A stretch of DNA of 64,000 nt from Mobula hypostoma (GCF_963921235.1 NC_086097.1:131132001-131196000), one strand, 5' to 3'. Counted from the first letter of the stretch, positions 12,526 through 25,084 are shown. The notes: generated by a model not told the origin, from the sequence alone. Program-made: numbers and translations.

Positions 12526-13486
12526 CTCTTAATGTATCTGAAGAAACTTTTGGTATACTCTTTAATAATATTGGCTAGCTTACTTTCACACTCCATCTTT
12601 ACTTCTTGATGACTTTTTAGTTGCCCTCCAATGGCTTTGAAAAGCTGCCCAATCCTCTAACATCCTACTAATTTCTGCTCGATTAAATGCCCTCTCTTTG
12701 GCTTTTATGTTGGCTTTGACTTCTCTTGTTAGCCATAGTGGTGTCATCTTACCTTCAGAATATTTCTTCCTCTTAGGGATGCATATTGCCTGTGCCTTCC
12801 GAATTGCTTCCGGACATTCCAACCTTGCTGCTCTGCCATCTTCCCTGCTGGTGTTCTTTTCCAATCAATTCTGGTCAACTCCTCTCTCATGCCTCTGTAA
12901 TTTCCTTTACTCCATAGTAATACTGATATATCTCACTTTAGCTTCTCTTTCTCAAATTTCAAGGTGAATTCGAACATATTATGATCACTTGTTTCTAGGG
13001 GTTCTTTTATCTTAAGCTCTCTAATCAATTCTGGTTCATTGCACATTACCCAATCCAGAACAGCTGATTCCCTGGTGGTCTCAACCACAAGCTGCTCTGA
13101 TAACCCATCTTGTAGGAATTCTATAAATTCCCCCTCTTGGAATCCAGCACCAAACTGATTTTTCCCATCTACCTGCATATTGAAATCCCCCATGACTATT
13201 GTAACATTGCCCTTTTGGCATGCATACTCGATCTTCCGTTATGATTTGCTGACCACATCCTTACTACTGTATGGCCGTCTGTAGCTTTTTACCCTTACAA
13301 TTCCTTAGCTCTATCTACAATGTTTCAACACCTTCCGACCTATGTCACCTCTTTCTAATGATTTCATTTCATTTTTCACCAACAGAGCAATGCTTCCTGC
13401 CTGTCCTTTCGATATAATTGTATCCTTGGACATTAAGCTCCCAATTATAATCTTCTTTCAGTCATGATTCAGTGATGACTACAACT

Positions 13487-14700
13487 TAGAAACATAGAAA
13501 CATAGAATACCTACAGCACAATACAGGCCCTTCGGCCCACAAAGCTGTGCCAAACACATCCTTACCCTAGAACTACCTAGGCTTACCCATAGCCCCCTAT
13601 TTTTCTAAGATCCATGTACCCATCCAGGAGTCTCTTAAAAGACTCTATTGCTTCAACCTCCACCACCGCTGCCAGCAGCCCGTTCCACACACTCACCACT
13701 CTCTGTGTAAAAAACTTACCCCTGACATCTCCTCTGTATCTAATTCCAAGCACCTTAAAACTGTGCCCTCTCGTGCTAGACATTTCAGCCCTGGGGAGAA
13801 GGCCCCTGAATATCCACACGATCAATATCTCTCATTATCTTGTACACCTCTATCAGGTCAGCTCTCATCCTTTGTCGCTCCAAGGAGAAAAGGCCGAGTT
13901 CACTCAACCTATTCTCATAAGGCATGCCCCTCAATCCAGGCAACATCCTTGTAAATCTTCTCTGCATCCTTTCTATAGTTTCCACATCCTTCCTGTAGTG
14001 AGGTGACCAGAACTGAACACAGTACTCCAAGTAGGGTCTGACCAGGATCCTGTATAGCTGCAACATTACCTCTCAGCTCTTAAACTCAATCCCACAATTG
14101 ATGAAGGCCAATGCACCGTATGCCTTCTTAACCACAGGGTCAACCTGCGTAGCAGCTTTGAGTGTCCTATGGACTCGGACCCCAAGATTCCTCTAATCCT
14201 CCACACTGCCAAGAGTCTTACCATTAATGCTATATTCTGCCATCATATTTGACCTATCAAAATGAACCACCTCACACTTATCTGGGTTGAACTCTATCTA
14301 CCACTTCTCAGCCCAGTTTTGCATCCTATCAATGTCCCGCTGTGACCTCTGACAGCCCTCCACACTATCCACAACACCCCCAAACTTTATGTCATCAGCA
14401 AATTTACTAACCCATCCCTCCACTTCCTCATCCAGGTCATTTATAAAAATCTCAAAGAGCAGGGGCCCCAGAACAGATCCCTGAGGCACACCACTGGTCA
14501 TCAGTCTCCATGCAGAATATGAGCCATTTACAACCACTCTTTGCCTTCTGTGGGCAAACCAGTTCTGGATCCACAAAGCAATGTCCCCTTGGATCCCATG
14601 CCTCCTTACTTCCTCCCTTGCATGGGGTACCTTATTAAATGCCTTGCAGAAATCCATATACACTACATCTACTGCTCTACCTTCATCAGTGTGTTTAGTC
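13487..14700 (-). mobile_element. 5'-truncated CR1 of a second family inserted in the host APE domain
   Basis: (AGAAACAT)n-type tail at 13487; ORFs 13583-13825, 13785-14066 (LVRPYLEYCVQFWSP) and 14298-14700 ([19 protein letters not shown]). Confidence 0.88.
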
Positions 14701-16044
14701 ACATCATACATGCCAATCTGTAACTGTGCTACAAGTTCATCTGCCTTATTCCATACACTGCGCACATTCAAATATAAAACCTTCAGTCTTGTATTCATCC
14801 TTTTTAATTTTGTCCACCTTTTACATTGCAACTCATCCTGTTGACTGCAATTTTGCCCTATCAACAGCTTCTCCTCACAACACATTGCCTCCATTTTTAA
14901 ACCAGCTACCTCACCTGCAGCACTTTCCTGCGATACTTCTTGCACTGAAATACAGTATATGCAGCTCAGGACACCAGTCACACTATGTTCAACCTTTTAA
15001 TTCCTAACTCTTTCTGAGGTCTTACCAACATCTGCCTCCTCAACATTTCCACTACCTGTTCTGGCACTCTGGTTCCCATTCCCCTGTATCTCCAGTTTAA
15101 ACCCCACCGTGCAGCATTAACAAACCTTCCCACTAGGATATTAGACCCCTCCAGTTTAGGTACAACCCATCCCTTATGTACAGGTCCCACCTTCCCTCGA
15201 AGAGAGCCCAATGATCCAAAAATCTTATGCCCTCCCTCCTACACCAACTCCTTAGTTATGTATTAAACTGTATAATCTTTCTTGTTTGGGCCTCATTAGC
15301 ACATGGCACAGGTAGTAGTCGTGAGACCACAACCCCGGAGTACCTGCTCTTTATCTTAGCACCTAACTCCCTGAACTCCCTTTGCAGAACCTTGTTGCTC
15401 AGCCTGCACATATTATTGGTACCTACATAGACCACAACCTCTGGCTGATCACCCTCCCACTTAAGAACGCTGAGGACTCAAGCCAAGATATTTCTGGCCT
15501 TGGCACCTGGGAGGCAGCATACTATCTGGGAATCTTGTTCTCGCCCACAGAGCCTCCTGTCCATTCCCTGAACTAATGATTCCCTATCACTACAGTGTGC
15601 CTCTTTTTCCCCTTCCCTTCTGAGTCACAGAGGCAGACTCAGTGCCAGAGACCCAACCACTGTGACTTCTGATAGGTCAGCCTCCCTCCCCACCGCCCCG
15701 CAACAGTATCCAAAGTGATATGCTGATGGGGACAGCCACAGGAGTACTCTGCACTGGCTCCTTAACCCCGTTCCTCTTCCTGACTTCATCCAGTTTCCTT
15801 TATTCTGCTCCTTGGGTGTAACTACCTCTCTATATGTCCTATCTATCATCCCTTCAGCTTCCTAAATGATCCGGAGTTCATCCACTTCCAGCTCCAACTC
15901 AACGTGGATTGTTAGAAGCTGCAGCTGGATGCACTTCTTGCAGTTATAGTTATCAGGGACAATGGAGGTCTCCCTGATTTCCCACATCCCGCAAGAAGAG
16001 CATTCCACTATCCTGCCTGGCATCTCTACTGTCCTAACTGCTCA

Positions 16045-16743
16045 GATTAGATTAGATTACAGTATGAGGACATGCAGTCCTCTTTTATTGTCATTTAGTA
16101 ATGCATGCATTAAGAAATGATACAATATTCCTCCAGAATGATATCACAGAGATACAAGGCAAACCAAGACTAAAAAAACTGACAAATACCACATAATTAT
16201 AACATTTATTTACAACAGTGCAAAGCAATACCGTAATTTGATGAAGAACAGACCATGGGCACGATAAAAAAAGTCTCAAAGTCTCTCGAAAGTCCCATCC
16301 CCATCATCTCACACAGACGGTAGAAGAAAGAAAAAAATCGCTCCCTGCCATGAGCTTCCAGCGCCGCAAACTTGCTGATGCAGCATCCTGGAAGCACCCG
16401 ACCACAGCCGACTATTGAGTCCATCCGAAAACTTCAAGCCTCCGACCAGCCCTCCGACACCGAGCACCATCTCTGCCGAGCCCTTCGACCCCAGACCCAG
16501 CAACAAGCAATAGGCAAAGCCAAGGATTTGGGGCCTTCCCCTCCAGAGATTCTTGATCGCACTGCAGCAGCGGCAGCGAAGCGGGCATTTCAGAAGTTTC
16601 TTCAGGCGTTCCTCCATGCTTCTCACGTCTGTCTTCATCAAATCAGGATTGTGCACGGTACCTACTTACAAATACGATATCATTTCAGAGCAGCCGCGCG
16701 CGCTGCGTCACGCTGCCATCTTCTCCTCCCCTCCCCTCCCCTC
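16045..16743 (-). mobile_element. Non-coding, non-autonomous LINE-derived element
   Basis: On the minus strand: 5' GAGGAGAAGATGGCAGCG start, CpG-rich body, AATAAA (tttatt about 16084) and (CTAAT)n tail; interrupts the CR1 5' region with a possible cagat duplication. Confidence 0.6.
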
Positions 16744-16899
16744 CAGATATAAAGATATAAAGAAGGGAAGGAAATAAAAAACTTAACTTACAGCTTTTGA
16801 TTTCTCTGACTGCAGACTCTCTTTGCTGAAGCCTTAAAGAGCTAAAGCCCCAAGATCACCACTCTGACTCTGTCCACTCAGATGACAGCCACTGCAACA

Positions 16900-17850
16900 A
16901 TGATTGCTGCTCTTGCCTGTGCATTCCTTTAATTTGTGGGTTGGTTGCTAGTCAATGCTCTATTATGCTGCCATGACCCGCTTGCTGCTGCCTTTTTCTA
17001 CTTGGGCCATTTTGCCCTATTTTGTCTGATCATCTGCTCGTCCTGCCTCACAGTCTCACTATACACTGCATTTACTTATACCAACTGCCCCATCCTCTGC
17101 CCTATCATGCTGGTTCTCATCCCCCTGACAAATTATTTAAAACCCTCCCTGACAGCTCTCGCAAACCTTGCTGCAAGGATATTGGACCCTTTCGAGTTCA
17201 GTTTTAACTCATCCTGTTTGTACAGGACACAGCTTCTCCAGAAGAGATCCCAATGATCCAGAAATCAGAAACCCTGCCCTCTCCCCGGATTTTTCAACCA
17301 TGCATTCATTTGCCAAATCATCCTATTTTTACCCTCACTGGCATGTGGCGCAGGCAGCAATCCAGAGATTACTACCCCTAAGGTCCTGCCTTTCAGCTTT
17401 CTACCTGTGTCTATATTCTCTCTTCAGGACCTCATCTCTTTTCCTACCTATGACATTGGTATCAATATATACCATGACTTCTGAATGATTTTAGAATATC
17501 GTTGACCCAATCCAAGATGTTCCTAACCCTGGCTTCTGGGAGGGAACATACCATCCAGGTGTCTCTTTCATGTCCATAGCTTCTCCTGTCTGTTCCTCTA
17601 TCTATGTAATCCCCTTTCTCTACTACACTCCTTCTTTCCTCTCTGAGCAATAAAGCCAGACTCAGCACCAGAGACCTGGTTACTGCTGTTTTCTCCTGGT
17701 AGGTCGTTCGCTTCCAACAGTATCCAAAGTATCCCATACATTATTGAGGAGAATAGGCACAGGGATACTCTGCAGTGTTGGCTTATTCCCTTTCCCTCGT
17801 CTGACAGTCACCCAGCTACCAGGCTCCTGCAGCTTCTGGGTGATGTGGCT
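16900..17850 (-). mobile_element. CR1 ORF1/5' fragment
   Basis: Homologous to 2080-2600 and 15100-15800 (WVTVRRGKG; MVCSLPEARVRNI). Confidence 0.75.
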
Positions 17851-20394
17851 GCAATGTCTAAACAGAAACCAGCCTGGCCAAACACACTGAGCTACCATTG
17901 AGGAAGGTGTTGGTTTAAAGGCAAAACTTGCAGAAAATGCAACAAAGTAGGACACCTACAAAGAGCACGTCAGGCAAACAAAAATAAATGGACTGCACAG
18001 GGAAGAGAAAAAGATAAAAAATCAAGTTACAGTTTTAAAAAGAGCACTAATCTGCATGCTACTGAAGAAAGATCTGATATTGACGAGAATAACAAAAGCC
18101 TGAGTAGAATGTGAAGACTAACAGGAGATAAGCAATAAGGCTTGCACCAGAAGGGACAGCAAATTAAATAAAATAGAATTTACACTGGCTCACTGTTTCA
18201 GTCATTCTACAAAATGAGTTTGAACAGCATTTCAAAGATATTGAACTGAAGTTCATCCAATTAAGGACTTGTACTGAAGAAAATGTAACTCCTGTGAAAA
18301 TGACACTGCGTAACAGTGAAATACAACAATGAACAAGCCACATTAGGCTTGTATGTGGTAAAAACAGGAGGTCCAGCATTGTTGGGCTGTGATTGGTTGA
18401 GACAACCACAACTTGATTGGAGATTCATCCACCAATTGTATGCCATATACCCTGTAATACAGTCAACTGAAAGTGAATTTAATAAGATACTGGATGATGC
18501 CACAGCAGTGTTCAAGGATGACATTGGAAAACTCAAACATATCAAGGGTAAAATAATGTTAAATGAAAGTACCACACCCAAGTTTTATAAACCCAGTGAG
18601 TTTGATTGCATGCAAGATGAAGGAATTATTTTTACATTTGATTGGAGCCGATGGGCAATGCCAGAGGTCCCAGTTGCAAAAAAGAATGGCTCTGTCACGA
18701 TCTGTGATCTCAAGGTCACCATCAACCCTCTGATAGATCAATACCCTCTGCCCAGGATAGAGGATATCTTTCCAAACCTTTCTGCAGGGAAACACTTCGG
18801 CAAAGTGGACTTAGAGGAGCCTTATGAGCAGGTGGAGTCGGAAGAATGGTCCAAAGTGTTTCTCACCATTAACACGCACAAAGGGCTTTATCACTGTAAT
18901 AGGTGTATTTTTGGAGTAGCACCTGAACCTGCACTCTGGCAGAAAGCTAGGGACCAGGTGCTGCAAGACTGCCCAGGTAACAATGTTTCCTGGATGACAC
19001 CATTGTTACCAGTAACAATGACAAGAAACATCTCCAAAACTTCACAACAGTGTTAAAAAGATTAGAAGATTATGGGCTCAGAGCACAACACAAGTGTGAA
19101 TTCTTTAAACCAAGCATCACTTACTATGGTCACATCATTGACGTATACAAGTGTGCGGAGAAAATTCAAGGCTAAAAGATGTGTCACCATTGTGGTCCCT
19201 TTTACGATTTGTCAATTACTCTAACAGGTTCCTGCCAAACATGGCTACTGTGCTCCACTGCTTGAAGTCATTACAACAGATCAGGAATAGATGTTAATGG
19301 ATAACAAAGGAAATGGTGACATCAGCCACGATACTCACACTTTATGACCCAGATCATCCAGTGAAATTTGCCTGTGCCTCCTCGCCATATGGTATATGGG
19401 CAGTCACGTCACACCTTATGAGTGATGGAAGCGACTGCTCCAAAGTCTCCGCATCATATTCCCTTATAGCTACAGAGAAAAATTGTTCACAGATTGACAG
19501 CAAGGCCTTGAGTCTGGTTTGCAGTCAACTGGTACCTGTGTGGGAGAGGATTTACGCTCATTACTGATCATCAACTGTCTATTTTCAATCCACAGAACGC
19601 TGTTCCTCGAACAGCAGCATGAATGCAGAGATGGGCTCTGTTTATTAGAGCACACCAAAACAAGATCAAATTCATGGGGACAACTAACCATTGAAGTGCT
19701 GATCGATTACCCCGTTCACCCTTGGGAAAGGAAATGCTTGAAAAATTGACGAAAGAGGACTATCCTCTTGATGTACTCTCCTTCATGCAAATCAAAAGTT
19801 TCCTTGTTATGGCAGAGATGATCCAAAGGAAATTCAGAAAAGATCCCACACTGTCTCAGGTCTAGGTGGCAACCCAAAACAGCTGAAAAGTTCAGCAGAA
19901 GTTCCAGTTACCCCATTTTTTACCAGCACCCTTGGGGGTTGCCTTATGTGGGGATTGAGAATTGTTTTACCATCCAAGCAGAGAGCTAAAGTGTTGGGAG
20001 CTACATGCCAGTCATCTAGGCTTGGTTAAAATGAAAGTGTGGCTCAAAGATTTGTCTGGTGGCTTGGGATAGATCAGCAGATCAAGTAACTTGCCATGCA
20101 CTGTTTGGTATGCCAACACATACAGCAGAAAGTGTGCAGAACTGTCAGAACTACTTCCTGCTGTCCCAAACTCAACTCCTATAACCATGAAGGATGAGGC
20201 CCCAGAACCTGAAGTTGTTTCATAGCCACAAGTTTCACCCAGCAAGCAGAGTGACCCTCTTGTCAGGAAAGATGTCAGCTCACAAGTGAAGGAAATCCTC
20301 CATAGCGATTAAATCTTTAGGCCTGAATTAGACAATTTAAAATTTACTATGATGTGGATGTCTATCTATGTTGTGGTTGTATTGCATAATATAC

Positions 20395-20395
<1 letters not shown>

Positions 20396-20427
<32 letters not shown>
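20396..20427. repeat. (TG)n microsatellite
   Basis: Direct reading. Confidence 0.95.
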
Positions 20428-20513
20428 ACATATGATGAGAGAACAATACGGTATATATTTGAGTTGAGATGCATTCTATATTGAGTTGGAGTTTATTGCT
20501 AGGCAGGGAAGAA

Positions 20514-20745
20514 TGTTGTGTATTTAATATTTCAGTAATATTGTAAATATATTTGTTGATTAAACAATATTTATTGGTTTACATAATGCATTATGGGTTA
20601 TATGTAAGAAATACCTGAATGGCATACATCATTATGCCTCCACGTCATATGGGTGTGCACCTCACTAAAGTAAAACTAAGTAGACTGTTTTTCTGGTCTC
20701 CTGTATTTTTCTCTTGATTAGTTTTTTGAGTTACACAACATAACA
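20514..20745 (+). repeat. 3' LTR of the truncated Gypsy
   Basis: Starts TGTTGTGTA immediately after the PPT; ends TACACAACA at 20740 (9 bp inverted terminal repeat) or CATAACA at 20745. Confidence 0.7.
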
Positions 20746-20944
20746 ATATACAAACTGCATTCTACTCTCCCCACGTTCTCATTAACTCTCCTCAAGTTTA
20801 ACCACTTCATTGATTCTATTCTGGTTATTTTTTGATTATGAATGTATTGAGTATGGACAGCAGAAAATGAATCTCGGGATTATATATGGCGACATATATG
20901 CACTTTGATAATAAATTTATTTGAACTTCTGAACTTTGAATTTG

Positions 20945-21495
20945 GAGCATTGCAATCTGTTCTGGTAGGAAAGATGTGAAGACTCTCAAGAGGGTGCAGA
21001 TGAATGTTACCAGGATGCTGCTTGGATTCATGGCTATATGCTTTAAGGCACAAAGCCCTTAATCCAGGCAGAAGCTGGACAAACTTGTGTTGTTTTCTCT
21101 GGAGCAGCAGAGGTTCATGGGAGACTTGATAGAAGTGTGTAAAATTATGAGTGGCCAGATAGAGTAGATAGCCAATATCATTTTCGCAGAGTCAGAATGT
21201 CGAATACTGGAGGGCATGTATTTAAGGTGAGAAGGAGTAAGTTCAAAGGAAATGTTGTGGGACAAATTTTGTTTACCCACACAGTGATGCAATGTGCTGC
21301 CGGGGTGGTAGTTAGTGGGGGCAAGTAGGTTAGAGGTTTTCAGGAGACACTTGAACAGGCGTATGAATATGCAGAAAACGGAGGGATATCAACTTTGTGT
21401 AGAGCAGGAGGGATTATTTTAGTTAGGCATGTAATTACCAGTTTAATTAGTTTGGGGCAACAGCATGGGTCAAAGGGCTTGTTGTTCCTGTGCGA
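20945..21495 (+). mobile_element. CR1 3' fragment
   Basis: aggaaagatgtgaagactctc..agggtgcagatgaatgttaccaggatgctg; similar to the CR1 3' end at 13550-14000 (opposite strand). Confidence 0.7.
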
Positions 21496-21499
21496 CACT

Positions 21500-21700
21500 C
21501 AGAGAATGCTGGAGGAACTCGTCAGGTCAGGGAGAACCTATGGAAAAGAGTAATCAGCTAATGTTTCAGGACTGTCTGAAGTAGGGTCTGAGCCTGAAAC
21601 ATCGACTGTTTACTCTTTTCCATACTGCCTGACCTGCTGAGTTCCTCTAGTATTTTGAGAGTGTTGCTTTGAATTTCCAGCATCTGAGATTATCTCCTTT
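21500..21700. mobile_element. Miniature PLE-derived fold-back with degenerate hammerhead
   Basis: Arms about 21503-21570 and 21590-21656 (tgctggaggaactc..tatggaaaagagtaa / ttactcttttccata..gagttcctctagta); ctgaagta-gggtctgagcct-gaaac-atc-gact at 21576-21607. Confidence 0.75.
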
Positions 21701-21738
21701 TGTCCCTGTGCTGTACTGCTCTATGTTCCACAGTCTTA

Positions 21739-22469
21739 AGGCTGATTTATACTTGTGCATACTAGCTTGCGCCATCGCCTACTCAAGTAGGCTACGCTGT
21801 TGTGAGCATTTATACTTGTGCGTTGGTGTGGCTGCGTCTCTCTCCAATTCACCGCCAAAACACTAGTTGGCGGTGGGGTTTCTATGCCACTGTGTTGAGT
21901 TTCTTCATGTTGAAACTCAACACAAAGAAACTCAAACTTTAAACAATGGTGACTGAAACTGAAGGAGGGTGAATTTTCTGTGCTTGTCCGGTCACTGAGA
22001 GACATGGACAAGGAAATGCATTTCAAATATTTTCAGATGTTGGCAGGTAGATTTGACGATTTGGTTCATCGTCTCCAACCATTTATTTCATATCAGTGTA
22101 TGCAGAGTATACTCTGAGACTGGCAATCACCATTCAGGTTTTAGCTTCAGGTGGAAGTCAACAGGCTGTAGCAGCTAGCTACAATCTGGCGTCAAGCACA
22201 GCGTCCTCCATAATTTCGGAGGTCTGTAAAGCTTTATGGAAAGCATTGCAGCCAGAGTTCCTTCCCTGCCCTTCAGTCACCCAATGGGAAGCTATTGCAG
22301 CATAGGAGGAAATGCGATGCTACCAAGCGGACCAATCACAGATGTTGCGGTCTGTGTCGCCATGATGCATAGTTACATTTTTGAGGAGGTGTGCATCAGG
22401 CTATGGTGTAGGGTATGCGGCTACGCCATACCTACGGCGTCAATTTGACGCACAAGTATAAATTGGCCT
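21739..22469 (+). mobile_element. PIF/Harbinger DNA transposon, internally deleted
   Basis: TIRs aggctgatttatacttgtgc / gcacaagtataaattggcct (18/20 match), TTA TSD on both sides, transposase N-terminal remnant ([40 protein letters not shown]). Confidence 0.9.
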
Positions 22470-22974
22470 TTAGAGTTTGATGTGGGACACTCAATTGTTT
22501 GCTACATTGCATCTCACCCATCACCACACTTTCTCTATCACAGCCTTCCTGGTTTATATGTGTAGTTCACAGCATTTTCTTTAGCTAAACACCAGAATTT
22601 AATGCTGCCAAATTAAATCCAGGTCACTTATTAATTTTGATTCCCATTGTACAAGGTTTTAAGTAATACCCATAATCATTAGAGGGCAAAAATATTTTTT
22701 TTTGGTATGAGTAAAGTTCAAATTGCACTGGGTGAATGGTGACATGGAAGTTGTAAATTCCATTGTAGTTATTCAACTGCTAATAGCAGCAAACATTCTG
22801 ATCTTGGCATTTCATTACCAGAGCTGGAGGTGCTAACGAGCAGATTCATTTTAAACGAGCAGATTCAATTTTTGCTCTGGAAATGTCAATTTCCACCAGT
22901 CCCCTTAACTGTTCTGATTCCTTGATGTAATTCATGAAGTGGCAGAAAGTATCCCCTTGGCCAATAACAAAAGT

Positions 22975-23630
22975 AGGTACCTCCGCCAAACCAGAAAGCC
23001 TTTGTCAAAGCTTGGAGACCAATCACAGCCTCAACCCAGATGATCAACAGGCTTGCTTGCCATGGCATCTGACTGGCAACTGAAAGTTGATTTTGGCAAG
23101 CAATTAAGGTTCCCTGACTTGATTGCATCATCAATCCTGAGGTCTGACATGGTCATACTGTCAGAAACCTCAAAGCAGGTGGTCATGGTAGAACTGACAG
23201 TTCCTTGGGAAGACCAGTTTGAGGAGGCGTTTGAACATAGGAAAGCCAAATACCAGGAGTTGGTGGAGCAGTGCCAGAAACAGGGGCAGAGGGCACAATA
23301 AGAGCCAGCAGAGGTGGGCTGTAGAGTTTTAGATGGGTCCTTACTGTGCAGAACCTACACTCTCCCTGGCATAATGGGAGCTGCAAAAAGAGCCATCAGG
23401 ACAGTCAGAGGCTGCTGAGCAACCTCCAAATGGTTATGGATCATGAGGTGTGGCCCGTGGACCAATGCTGCTGGGACACAAGCAAGGGCCTGATTGACCC
23501 TGGCTGAGTCACTTGGGCAAGCGTGTCTGATGTTGAAAGACCTGAAATACCCAATGACCCCAGGTTACATCACTGATGATGTGTTCCAGCATATCGTAGG
23601 ATGTATCTCAGCATCCCTCCCAAGTAACAC
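22975..23630 (+). mobile_element. 3' fragment of an RLE-type non-LTR retrotransposon (HERO/NeSL-like)
   Basis: ORF 23053-23301 DWQLKVD..LRSDMVILS..VVMVELTVPWE..KAKYQEL (restriction-like endonuclease), followed by a 3' UTR shared with 39490-40220. Confidence 0.8.
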
Positions 23631-23687
23631 ACAGTGCTGTGTAAATTTGAGTACTTATCACAATGCTCTAGGCACTGTTTCCTATAG

Positions 23688-24419
23688 AAGTGGTTCTCAA
23701 TATGGGCCAAATCATCCCACCAGGGTACCATGCTGGACTCTGTTCGGACCACGAGTGCAAAACAAGAAACTAGGTGCCATGGGAGTTTTTGAATGGGTCA
23801 TAGCAAGTTAACTGTTTTAATGAAATATTACTAAAACATTTCATTACCAAAAGAATTGAATATATGTGATTTTATTGGAACCCTGGATGAAGTGAATGGA
23901 AAGAAATGCTAGATAATACAAATGAGGCAGCAAAACAGCTTAGCCTGTGTGTGTTGGAGATGCAACTGTGCTTTCAGTCAGACTCCTCACCTGCCATCAT
24001 AAGCTTGTAACTGTGAAAAGAGGTGATCTTCGATTACCTTTAACAAAGTTGCAAACAGATATTTTAAAACTTTGCATCAGTCGCAAGGATCTATTGTTGT
24101 TTGCATTTAAATACTGAGCACTATTTTGTTGCTGGTTGGGAAAGTATTTTATGTACATATTAAATAAACTACCTGATTCAGAGCTTTGAAAATAGTTATT
24201 TTTCATATACATCTGAAAAATATAACTATATATAACATATAATACCTATAACCTGTATAAAAACAATACATTGAATGGACATTGGAATAATTAGTACATT
24301 TGACAAAAAAAACTTTAGCAACTAACAGACTATGGGGTCCGGGGTGGGTTGGGGGGGGGAAGAACAGAGGTAAATGAAAGTCATGAATGGGCTAAGATCA
24401 GAAAAAGATTGAACCACTG
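23688..24419. mobile_element. Possible hAT/Charlie-like MITE
   Basis: Imperfect TIRs aagtggttctcaa / ttgaaccactg; the 8 bp flanks match only 5/8. Confidence 0.4.
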
Positions 24420-24665
24420 GCCTCTGGGACAACTTTCGTCCCAATTTTATACATTCATTTGATTATGTAATTAGTAAACCAAAAATTGTCCTACAGAGTT
24501 TCTCCAGTGTTTTGGGTGTTGCTCCAGATTTCAGCATCTGCCATCTCTTGTACTTCCATTGATCTACATTATCAATCTTACGCATAGCATCTCTATGTGG
24601 TAATGAGTGTGTCATTATAGATTTTATTTACTTCACTTCACTCATTCAGTCATTCTCCTGAAGAT

Positions 24666-25084
24666 AACAACAGGAATTCTGCAGATGCTGGAAATTCAAG
24701 CACCACACATCAAAGTTGCTGGTGAACGCAGCAGGCCAGGCAGCATCTCTAGGAAGAGGTACAGTCGACGTTTCAGGCCGAGACCCTTCGTCAGGACTAA
24801 CTGAAAGAAGAGATAGTAAGAGATTTGAAAGTGGGAGGGGGAGGGGGAGATCCGAAATGATGGGAGAAGACAGGAGGGGAAGAGATGGAGCTAAGAGCTG
24901 GAAAGTTGATTGGCAAAAGGGATATGAGAGGATCATGGGACAAGAGGCCTAGGGCGAAAGAAAGCGGGAGGGGGGAAGCCTTACCAAAAGTCCTGACAAA
25001 GGGTCTCAGCCTGAAACGTCGACTGTACCTCTTCCTAGAGATGCTGCCTGGCCTGCTGCGTTCACCAGCAACTTTGATGTGTGG
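24666..25084. mobile_element. Young non-coding PLE fold-back element
   Basis: 13 bp TSD ttctcctgaagat (24653-24665 and 25085-25097); left arm 24666-24978, right arm 24989-25084; hammerhead motifs at 24763-24798 (-) and 24989-25024 (+). Confidence 0.9.

Larger units (their letters stand above)
8380..16900 (-). mobile_element. Near full-length CR1 LINE split by five nested insertions
   Basis: Collinear pieces: tail about 8385, RT (8827-9126 SGVPQ..LGPLL..KFVD; 9510-9700), linker 11830-12080 and 12530-12900, APE 12933-13480 and 14700-14790, ORF1 15100-16040, 5' region to about 16900. Confidence 0.85.
17860..20745 (+). mobile_element. 5'-truncated, decayed Ty3/Gypsy LTR retrotransposon with 3' LTR
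   Basis: ORF 18316-19056: GPALLGCDWL (protease end), PVAKKNGSVTIC, QYPLPRIEDIF, KVDL, TINTHKGLY (RT); RNase H-like 19313-19567; PPT aggcagggaagaa 20501-20513. Confidence 0.85.

Noticed and set aside
14298..14981. 227 aa ORF joining an APE N-terminus to RT
   Set aside because: Chance in-frame junction of a nested CR1 with its host CR1; both domains are partial and the flanking frames are broken.
22096..22305. HARBI1/ALP1-like host gene
   Set aside because: Short fragment enclosed by TIRs and a TTA TSD; no DDE core.
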